Part shown: positions 53,950-64,000 of the stretch, piece by piece
Numbering within the stretch: position 1 is the stretch's first letter
Layout of the letters: each line of letters opens with the position of its first letter
Assembly: GCF_009914755.1 (NCBI RefSeq)
Contig: NC_060926.1
Source: the human T2T-CHM13v2.0 reference genome, Homo sapiens
Length of the DNA: 64,000 bases
Reading direction: 5' to 3' (one strand)
Notes under the pieces: generated by a model
The model's database searches: none
What the model saw: only the letters and a program-made list of their open reading frames with translations
Told to the model about the DNA's origin: nothing
Position numbers and translations under genes: made by a program

Positions 53950-55030
53950 ATAGACTGCTGGTTATCTTGATGCTCTTGACTACTTTTTGAAGCTCTCTCA
54001 AAATTTATAAAACCATTCCATCCTGATTCTTCCTACTTGTCTGAGAGACTAAAGATTACCATCATGGTACATTCTATTTTATATATCAAACAATAGGTTT
54101 TCCATAACTTTACTCTCATTTATTTTTCCTTCATATTTAAAGATTTTCTGGCTTAATTTACAATCTGTATGCTAATGATACTCAAATCCATAGCTTCAGG
54201 TCTCCTATATACAATGAAATATTGGACATGTCAGGTTGGTGTAAAAGTAATTGCGATCTTTGCTCTTACTTTTAATAGCAAAGATAGCAATTACTTTTGT
54301 AACAACCTATAGCCATTTCAAAATAGCAGTAGTGGCTCAAAATTTAACAAGATTAAATTTTCAAAATTGCATCAGTGACTTTTATCCTGCTGCTTATCTT
54401 CTCATCCATTTGCTATCTTGAGGCTCAGCCCCAGTCACCATCTGCTCTACCTGTTTATTCTTCTACATCCTCCCTCAGTGAATGACTTAACAATTCACCC
54501 TGTCTCTCAAGTTAGAAACTGGGAAGTCCACCTCAATAATTATTTTCCCCTTTCTAGCTATATCCAATGTGATATATTTTCTGTCATTTTTATATCTTAA
54601 GTACCTCTTGTTCTCTAACCAGCACCGGTAGCTAAAATTTAGGCCTTAATTTTTCTCTTAGTTCCATAGAATCCTAAACTGTCCTTTGGTCTGCAATTTT
54701 ATGCTCCTTCCTATCCATCCTAATTATACAAACGTGATTGTCAAACATTTTAACTTGATCATACTACTCTTTCTCTGCCTGGAGTCCCTGAGTAAGTTCA
54801 AGCTTATTAGATCTTTTCTTACCTGCTTCTGAATCTTTTATCCTGTTCTCTAAACACATCTTTATTCCAGACACATCCTGTAAAATGTCCAACTTGTTGA
54901 ACATTCAAAATCTTTTTTTCTGGATGTTTGGACATGGTTTACACTCTGTTTGAAATGTTCAGTCTGACCTCATCCATATCATTAATTCCTATTTTTCTAG
55001 ACACAGCTATAGAGTCACTATCTGGTAAAC
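53950..55030 (+). mobile_element. L2 LINE fragment (RT region and 3' part)
   Basis: tatgctaatgatactcaaatc = YANDTQI (YADD motif relic); aattcaccctgtctctcaagttagaaactggga. Confidence 0.65.
54231..54310. mobile_element. MADE1 (Hsmar1-derived MITE)
   Basis: 80-bp palindrome aggttggtgtaaaagtaattgcg...gcaattacttttgtaacaacct. Confidence 0.92.
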
Positions 55031-55794
55031 ATTACACTGAAGCCGATACACAATTTACTTTAGGTCGTGCATTAGTTGGGGCTCCTAGGAAAATGGAGCC
55101 AACAGTCTGCTGATTTAAAATGTTAATCTCATTTAAAAAAATCACAAATCTGTGGGCTCACTGGCTGTTGACATATAGAATTAACCATTTTCTGTGCTTC
55201 TTTTCTGTATTTCTGCAGCACTCTGGCTACTTTTTAGGAGTTTGTTTTTTTTTAGTTTTTAATCAATGCATTCTTAAGCATAGTATAATGATAAAATTGT
55301 ACAGGAAGGCTTATTACATAAAGCAAGAGTCTTCTGTCCTTTCCCTTCCTTATTTCTTGTATTACACCTTAGAGAAACCACTTTTACTCTTTTTCTGCTT
55401 GTAGTATCTCTTGTAATTAATCGCATATTGTAAACAATGTTTTATAGCTGTTTTTAAGTTTATCAGCTTCCCATAAGACCTCTTTATTTTCTTACTCAGA
55501 CCATCCCCAGTAAAAATCGATCTCTCCCCAAAAATAATTTTAGGTCCTTTTTGTTTTTACTTGCAGTTAAAGCAATATGCTTATACTTTTAGGTATTGAT
55601 GGTTGTGATTGCCCACTTTATAAGATAAGGATATGTGTGCCTTTGTCCTTATCTGCATTTTTCTATTCTTTCAACCTCTCTATATCCATCATGTCATATT
55701 ATTGTTGCATTATCAGATAGTGATAGCATTTAACTTTTTCTTAAACATTAAAAACTGTATGTACTTTCTGCATGAATATATCATATACTCATTT

Positions 55795-55975
55795 GGAAAG
55801 CCAGGCAGAAGTTATACCCTACTTGCAACTTAGCTTCAAAAGGGACATAGCATCACTTCTGCAATGTTCTATTCATAAATAGTGGGTCATTAAGCCTGAC
55901 CCACATTCAAGGGAAGAGAAAGTATTCACATCTTTTGAAGAGGAAATATCAAAAAATTACAGACCTATTTTCACT
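55795..55975 (-). mobile_element. MLT1 (F/G-like) LTR fragment
   Basis: agccaggcagaag...catagcatcacttctgcaatgttctattc...cccacattcaagggaagag. Confidence 0.7.
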
Positions 55976-56279
55976 TCATTTTCTTTACCATGTTAATAAA
56001 GTTATCTTCTATTTTAATAGTTTAATTTATATCATAGAAATGAACATCAATGTCTTCTAATTGCATTTCAGCAGTTTCTTTATTGTATGTTTAATATGTC
56101 AGGAAGAAATATCTATCACTGCTGATCATCCACATGCTCCTCTCTGAGGTCTACTTTTCTGAATCTTCCAAGCTTGGTCCTTTCCATCTGCTGGCCAACG
56201 AGCAGATCATTTTGTTACTGCCTCTGAATTCATGTATATCCTTACTTCGAGTTATATTCTCTCCACAGAAAGTAGATAA

Positions 56280-57190
56280 CTAAGTGCATTTCCTGCAGCT
56301 ATAATCAGTGGAGGAGTATTTCCTTCCCCCACTGTCTTTTAGGGTCACCACTGACTGTGTCTCTAATGCAGCAATCATTCATTTTCAGCTTACACTTACA
56401 TACAAGGCTGGTACATTCATGACGTGTTTCATTCCCTGTTAGCTAGTCATAGAAAATCACCCATGAGGACTTTTTTCTGACAATGTAAATACATCAACGT
56501 AACAATGATAGTGACATGTACTTTGTGTCAATGTTTAGTACATCTTCCTATGCTTGAACCTAATTGTGAAAGCAACATATACATTTTAGGATGGATTGCA
56601 TTTAGACCCACTTTATCTTATGATTGGGTTGGTCTGGCAGTACCCAGGTCATGATGTTCCTTGATTAGAAACTCAGTATGTACTGAGAACCTTTATATGC
56701 TAAGAGCTGTTTTGTGAATGATGTAAACTTCTTTGTTGTGGGGATCATGGCTTTGCTACCTAACTTCATGGGTCTGCACTGCGACTTTCCTATTGGCACT
56801 TGCCAAAAATTCCACACAGCCTCTTTTTCTCCCCCAAACACCTCTAGTAACTTAGAATCTGTTGAGTCATATACAATAAACCTGAGAGTTTCTTGTGTCC
56901 CAACCTATACCTACTCCAGTACTTGCCTTAGAAGCTACCTCTCTCCAAATAAATATATCACAGCATTATTCCCAAGAGCAGAATATACAGCCATTAATAC
57001 TTAGACTGTCATGCTTCTTTTTTTTTATTTTCTAGGATGCAAAAGGTGTAATTAGTTGCTGCCTACCTTATGGGTCTTTTTCTAGCATGTCACAGACCAC
57101 TGGAGCTTAAACTCTTCACCAATGCGGCAGGTTGTGAGTTTCTTTTGGGTTATTCTCCCACAAGCTGGAGCACATTTGTCTATTTGTTTC
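56280..57190 (-). mobile_element. ERVL internal pol relic (RT C-terminal/connection region)
   Basis: Minus frame from 56871 reads YDSTDSKLLEVFGGEKEAVWNFWQVPIGKSQCRPMKLGSKAM...FTSFTKQLLAY, resembling ERVL pol YDPADPMVLEV...AVWSLWQAPIGESQRRPLGFWSKA...YSPFERQLLACY. Confidence 0.78.
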
Positions 57191-57529
57191 TTTCCTTTGC
57201 TTCAAATGATTAGAGTTTGTTAAACAGCCCAGTTGGACACTTGCTCATTGAAACTTATTTCTGCCTCAGCCCCAGTTGTTTGAGAAATGCAGGAATTGTT
57301 TTCACCAAAAGATCACCTCACCCAAGAATGTTGAAAAGTTAGCTACCTTAGCATTATTGCTACCTCCAACCTCCAATGAGATCTAAAAACCTAGAAGATT
57401 AAATGTAGAAAAATGTGAACAGGAAATATAATTTACAAGTCATTTAATAACTATAATTACACAGAATTTACTCACTTTTCAACTTTTTCTGAATGAATAC
57501 AAAATTTGTGAAACAAAATATACCATGTT

Positions 57530-57740
57530 ATACCACATGAGATACCAAGATGACTGTAATCAAAAAGACAGAAAGTAACAAGAGTTGGCAAGAATGTGGA
57601 AAGACTGAAACCCTCATACATTGTATGTAAATGAGAAAGTCACTTTGGGAACAGTGTGGCAGTTCCTCAGAAATTTGGGTTGTTTCCTCTTTTTGTCTGT
57701 TGTGAACAATGATGCTATAATCACTTGTGCACAAATGCCT
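57530..57740. mobile_element. Small L1M fragment with internal inversion
   Basis: + strand aatcaaaaagacag...cagtgtggcagttcctcagaaa joined to - strand tttgggttgtttcc...gtgaacaatgatgctat. Confidence 0.7.
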
Positions 57741-58721
57741 TAACAAAGCATCACAAGCACTTGCTACTTGGCACTCGTTGCTGATCAGGTCTCAATATTA
57801 ACAAATATTAATATAGTGGATGTGGTGTTCTCAAGGATTTATAGTTAAATACTTAATTATTTACCTCCAATCTCTTCCCACTAAACTAAATATTTTTCTG
57901 CATTTATTGGAAAGAGAAATTCTGCTATTCACTCAAAAAAACAGGTTAATAACATCTACTTATAAATGTTATATATAGTCAGGATGGCCAAGTTATCCAA
58001 ATATGAGTAAACATGTATATTTTCCAGATAATGTAATATAAATTATATATTTACAATGAAAGACTCTAAAGCATGGATTGTTTTTATTCAATTTGATAAG
58101 AGCCCTTAATGTTGAGTCTCTTGTTTAATTATCAAAGCTCTGTTAACTAATGCATGGATGGGTAAAAGCTCAGATAATATAGTCTAGGATATACATGTAA
58201 CCATGAAGATTATCCCTGTCTTCCTGATGTGTAATTATGGCAGAATTCCAATTTCTTTAATTATATTATCATACTAACAACCAGGCACTTAGGTAACCAT
58301 CATTAGCTACTTAATAGTTTACTGCTATTCATGTAGAAACCTAGGAAATAAAAAATGGATGGCAGGCAGCCAATTAAAGAAAAGGAAATAAATTAGAACA
58401 TCAGTGAATTGCTAGAGTCTACTATATGGATGTAAGTATAAGTAAGAGAGATTAATCACTCTAAATCTTAACATTCTTTTTTTTAACCTTCATACAATAC
58501 CTAAAAGTGCCATGTAATTATATCACTAGGTGTATCACATGCAATATGTTTTCTTTTGTAATGAACTCTGTTAAATAAACTATGGAAGTAACATTTCAAT
58601 CCTTATTAAAAACATGTGATATGTATACTTGCAATTTTATTTTTTCATATCAATATCCTTTATTTTTCAAACAGCTTTAGGTTTATAGAAACATTTAGCA
58701 GAAAGTACAGAGAATTCTCAT

Positions 58722-58935
58722 AAAGGCAGAGAGCAGATTAGTGGTTTCTAGGCACATTGGGTATGGAGGAGTGGGAAGTGACTGCTAATGTACATGAGGT
58801 TTCTTTTTGAGGTGATGAAAATATTGAAAAATTAGATAGTTCCACAACTCTATGAATATACAAAAAACAGTGTACACTTTAAATGGGTGAATTTTATAGT
58901 ATGTGAATTGTATCCTAATAAAGCTGTAATTAAAG
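58722..58935 (+). mobile_element. L1MB 3' end
   Basis: gcagattagtggtttctagg...gtgactgctaatg...gaggtgatgaaaat...tgtacactttaaatgggtgaattttat...aataaagctgt. Confidence 0.8.
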
Positions 58936-59427
58936 TACAAAGGATAGAATAAAAACAGCTTACAACTCATCTGCAATACATAAATATTATCAATATATGA
59001 TGCATAGCAAACCAAGTATCTCCATGAGTATATGTGTTTTAATTTACTCGAATTATCTCTTACTATCTACAGTTTTCAGAAATTGTTTTTATGTTGTACA
59101 ATAGTATTGATAGACATATTTTCACTGAACAAATTTAATTCTAGATAATCGTTTTCAATGACTAAAAGTATTTTTGTGAAAACATACTGAAGGGTACACT
59201 ATGTTTAAATAAATTGGTTTTAACTTTTAATTATTACAAATATTTCTCCAGCAAACAATTTTAGCCCTTATTATTTTGGAACATATGGACTTACCTATGC
59301 ACGGTAAATTTAGGAAAATAAAATTACTAAAATCAAAAGAAATAAATACTTAACATTTGATACAAAATTCATAATTGATAACCTGAAAGATTATATTTCT
59401 TTGTACTTCAATAAATAATGTAATTAG

Positions 59428-59719
59428 GGCCAGGTGTGGTGGCTCATCCCTGTAATCCTAGCACTTTGGGAAGCCAAGGCGGGCAGATCCCTTGAAGCCA
59501 GGAGTTCAAGAACAGCCTGGCCATCATGGCGAAACCCCTTCTCTAGCAAAGATACAAAAATTAGCTGGGACTGGTGGTACACACCTGTAATCCCAGCTAC
59601 TCGGGTGGCTCAGGCTGGAGAATGACTTCAACCCTGGAGGCAGAGGTTGCAGTGAGCCAACATCTTCACCAGTACACTCCAGCCTGGGTGACAGAGCAAG
59701 ACTCTGTCTCAAAAAAATA
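59428..59719 (+). mobile_element. Alu (AluS/J)
   Basis: Full dimer; TSD aataaataatgtaatta / aataaataatgtcatta. Confidence 0.95.
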
Positions 59720-61056
59720 AATAAATAATGTCATTATTCCACACTCTATAAATATTATTATAAATATTGTTGGGCTTTATCAATCATTTTAATTTTGTCT
59801 GTCTCAATATGTACCTATTATTATGCTTTTAATACTGAATATATCCTAACAGTGACACACATACATAAGATGACTTCTTTTATGAGCTTATATCTTATAT
59901 ATATTTTATTTAGATATTCTAACATTTGCCTTAAGGCAAAAGTGACACAGATGCCTTGGTGTACACTCCTACTTTTTGAGCTTCTGTTTTAAATCATTAA
60001 AAGTACAAGAATATATCACTTTATAATTTTCAAAATGTTCAGATTTATGTGAAGATCACATACAGACAATCAGATTTATAACCACATGAAGTAGCTATAT
60101 GTGACTTTCTAATAGACATTAGTCTTAAGCTTTAAACAAGTAAAACAGTTTGGTACAAATAGGTAACCCATTTAATCACAACATACATTAAATATGTTTG
60201 ATAAATCCCTTTCTATAGCTTTCTAATACATACTGTATACCGTATGAAATAAATAGTAATTTGTGAATAGTATAACTATGCTGACTCATCATTCAAACAT
60301 TTATATGCAAATATTCAAAGTATGTTTCTACAGATTATATTAGAATTACACATGTCTAACTCCATAGCTCTGCATCTGTATTCAAAATTTATGCTTCAAA
60401 TGTTTTCATCTCAACTTCTGAGATAAGCTCTTTGGAATATAATTAAATGTGTAAGGACATACAATGCTTATCTTTCTGTGTCAAAGAAAACATTTTGTAC
60501 TAGAAAATTAAAACTTTCTATTTATAGAAATAAGTATGATCTAAATTTTCTAAAGTAACATAAAATGTTACAAAGTAATTAATAAACCCTGTCTTCTCTT
60601 TCGGCATCCTGATTCACTTTTTTTACTTCTCTGATCTGTCTCTTATCTCTTATTCTTTTTCTACCATTCTACTGTGGGTTTTCATACATTTTGTAGGAGA
60701 AATTACCTACAACCAGAAATCTAGAGAGACATGAAAATCCAGCTAAAGCTATAATCTGCGTACCTGGAGCAGAGGCTGCTGCGGTTACGAACTGGTGGGA
60801 ACACTTACGTGTTAACTTTGATAAGTTGCTGGAGGCTGAATGTGGATTCCCCTGCTAGAGAAAACCCCGTAGGGGCTAGCTACGATCTTAGTGGGACCCT
60901 CAGACATTTTCATGGGCTTTCCTCTTATCAACCCCAGGGGGAACTGAGACAAAATCCCTTGTGGTTTTGTCATGGGAAGCGGACCATAAATTATAATGAT
61001 TGATGCCCAGAATCATAATGATTGATGCCCAGTCTCATAAAAAAGGCCTGTATTCA

Positions 61057-61335
61057 GGCTGGGCGCGGTGGCTCACGCCTGTAATCCCAGCACTTTGGGA
61101 GGCCAAGGTGGGCGGATCATGAGGTCAGGAGATCAAGACCATCCTGCCCAACATGGTGAACCCCGTCTCTACTAAAAATAAAATTAGCTGGTCGTGGCGG
61201 CGCGTGCCTGTAATCCCAGCTACTCGGGAGGTTGAGGCAGGAAAATCGCTTGAACTCGGGAGGCAGAGGTTGCAGTGAGCCGAGATTGGGCCACTGCACT
61301 GCAGCCTTGAGACAGAGGTAGAGTCTGTCTCAAAA

Positions 61336-61381
<46 letters not shown>
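61057..61381 (+). mobile_element. Alu (AluSc-like) with (AAAT)n tail
   Basis: Full dimer; degenerate TSD aaaaaggcctgtattca / aaaaagcctgccttca. Confidence 0.95.
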
Positions 61382-61382
<1 letters not shown>

Positions 61383-62556
61383 AAAAGCCTGCCTTCAGAC
61401 AAAAGGACTGTACCAGAGGTGCATTTTTATCTTTATCCCAGCTGAGGAAAGGGAATTCATCCCAGTTCAACCCGCTTATTTCTTTCTGTCTTACATAAGG
61501 TGAGTGTGGCACAGTCAACAGAGGTCAGACATTAAAGGGAATAATCATAGTAATAACTCTGTAATCAGGAAAAGGAGTAGGGATCAGGAGAAAATAAACT
61601 ATACAACTAAAGAAATATTTGTGAAGGCCACAACCCAGAGGCACAGACCCATTAAAAGAAAGATTTAATTGGAAAATTATAGAATGCTCTATCTCCCTAC
61701 CCTTTCCACCATACATATAATAGCAACAGAATATAGATGACAGAGTTTCAAGACACAGAATCTCTCTGAGGGGGCATCCACATGGGAATCCAAAGTAAAG
61801 AGAGGAGAGAAAAATAAAGATTAGAAACCTCTGGAACCTTTAGCTACAACAAACCTTAAACATAGCCTGATTCCCAGCCAGATTAACATCATTCTCCACA
61901 GCAAAGTCCTGTTTAACTCAGTTTCTATTACCCAATACAGCATCCAGCTTTCAACAACAACAACAACAAATACAAGACATTTCAAAAGGCAAGAAAAAAC
62001 ACATTCTGAAGAGGCAAAGCAATCACTGGAACCAAACTCAAATATCACACAAATGCTAGAATTATCCAACACGTAATTTAAAATAACTATGATTAGTGTG
62101 TTTAAGGGTCTAATGGAAAAAGCAGACAACAAATAAGAACAGATGGGTAATGTAAACAGTGAGGTAAAAACTCTAAGAAAAAATCAAAGTGAAATGCTAG
62201 AAATGAAAAAAAAAAACAGTAACAGAAAGGAAGAATGTCTTTGATCCCCTCATGAATGGATTCAACACAGCTGAGAAATGAATCAGCAAACTTGAAGATA
62301 TATCAATAAAGCCTTCCCAAACTGAAACACAAAGACTAAAAAGAATGAAAAATAACAGAAGGCAATATTCAATAAACATGTGACAATATTCAAAGGGCTA
62401 ACGTGCAATTGGAATACCAGCAGGAGAAGAAAGATTGAATGTGGCAGAATAAAAAATTGAAATAATAATGACTGGAGACTTTTCATAATTAATGACAGAT
62501 TAGCAAATCATAGATTTAGGAAGCTCAGAGAACACCAACCAGGATAAATATTGAAA

Positions 62557-62584
62557 CACACACACACACACACACACACGCACA
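62557..62584. repeat. (CA)n microsatellite
   Basis: Direct observation. Confidence 0.95.
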
Positions 62585-64000
62585 TATCCTAGGAATATAA
62601 TACTTAAACTGCTGAAACCGAAGACAAAGAGAAAAATTATGAAAGTAAAAAGAGATCTACAGTCTTAAGTTTAAAATTGAGGAACATTTTTCACTTTATA
62701 AAAAATCTGTTTTTATAATCTGTATGAAAACTTCATAGTTACAGATATAGGTACATTTCTTTATTTCTGTGAATGTAAGATGCAAAGTAATATAGTTGTC
62801 CAAAAAAACCCATAAGGAGTCTTATGTAGAACAAGTAATTTTAAGATTATTGTTAATAGTTTATAGTGTCTGTATTTTTCTGAAGAAGAAACACATTCTG
62901 GAAAATAAATGCTTATTAGATGAGTGGGAATACTAAATTACATGCTGCTCTTGTTAATCAAATAAAGTTATTTATAAACAATATATTTATTTTATATGTT
63001 TTGTACGTATACAATTAAAAATAATTACCATAACTATTTTACATATTTTTCTTAAATATGATATTACTTTTGTATATTTCAAGGCAATTAGAATGTGGAT
63101 GTGTATTTAGTTCTAAAACTTGAGAAAAAAATTTCATGCTATCAGCTGTTTACTATGTACCAATTTGACTGCTTAGAAATCTTAAAAGTAATTATAAACA
63201 TTATCCCATATAAATAGGGCATCTATTCTCACTAATTAAATCAGTGATGCTACACAATACATATATACAATTCCAAATCTAACAAATGCCTGATGACAGA
63301 GTACTAGGCATATCAAAATCTGAATTTATTGTTTTGCATCCATATCATCGCCATTTCCCACATTCTTCATTTGTGATAATTGAATTTCCATGCTTCTATC
63401 TTCCTCATTCATCAAGCTGTTCAATAATTGTATAAATCCTGAAACCCTGTCTACAAAATGGCATTTAAGCCAGGTTTCTTTTATTTTCTTCTTTTCTAGG
63501 CGATCCTGATCCTTTTCTCATTGTCTAGAAGATATTCTTGTTTCTGGTCTTTCACCAAGAACATAGTGCTTCCATCTAATCTCACTTCTTTGATAAATCG
63601 TATTGGTAAAATTACCTAGATATTTGCTGTTCCTTTATATATATCAGGATCCTTATCTTGTCCTTACAAAATAAATCTAAATGTGCCAATGTTAATTAAA
63701 CAAATAAAAATATTAAATATATGCTATATTTCATAATTTTGAACTAATTATATCTGTATTTATCATTATTACATTACATATATATGTCAGAAAAGAAACT
63801 GATAGAAAAAGTCTGATTAAAGTTACTACAGACCAGATTGAAATATTTGTTTATTTTTTATCAAAATTACAACAAATAATTATCTGGCCCAAAATCTCAA
63901 TAGTGGCAAGATTGAGAAACTGATTTTAATAATTAACTATTAGGAATATAAATTAGGATGGAGTGAAATGGGCACTACAAGCATCCTTTCTGATTATTAA

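Larger units (their letters stand above)
60700..62650 (+). mobile_element. Old L1M (L1MC/MD-type) 5' region and ORF1 relic
   Basis: gttgctggaggctgaatgtgga 5' region; ORF1-like aaataactatgatt, ctctaagaaaaaatcaa...aaatgctagaa, gaagctcagagaacaccaaccaggataaat. Confidence 0.75.

Noticed and set aside
59434-61402. Alu-derived ORFs (also at 8111-8450, 9663-9881, 10300-10482, 34681-34899, 52251-52481)
   Set aside because: Standard Alu translation artefacts.

Overview
AT-rich, CpG-poor primate (human-like) genomic DNA, intronic or intergenic. There is no supportable protein-coding gene, CpG island, intact RNA gene or CRISPR array, and the ORF track is explained by repeats and low-complexity DNA. Much of the window is fossil interspersed repeats: about 15 Alu/FLAM copies, many L1 fragments (including a twin-primed 5'-inverted L1PA), L2, CR1/L3, MIR, a complete MER11 (HERV-K11/HML-8) solo LTR with a perfect 6-bp TSD, MST/MLT1/LTR16/LTR33 LTRs, an ERVL pol relic, a long Tigger4 (Zombi) with a decayed transposase, and MER58, MER20B, MER5 and MADE1 DNA elements. 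The most notable small-scale signals are a 32-nt tailless U1 snRNA retrocopy flanked by a perfect 16-bp TSD, whose antisense orientation creates a consensus 5' splice site on the + strand, and a MADE1 hairpin with paired compensatory substitutions (miR-548-like). There are also a few candidate + strand exons and quasi-palindromes. I found no convincing novel multi-gene system. Subfamily names come from recalled consensus sequences, and repeat boundaries without a TSD are approximate.
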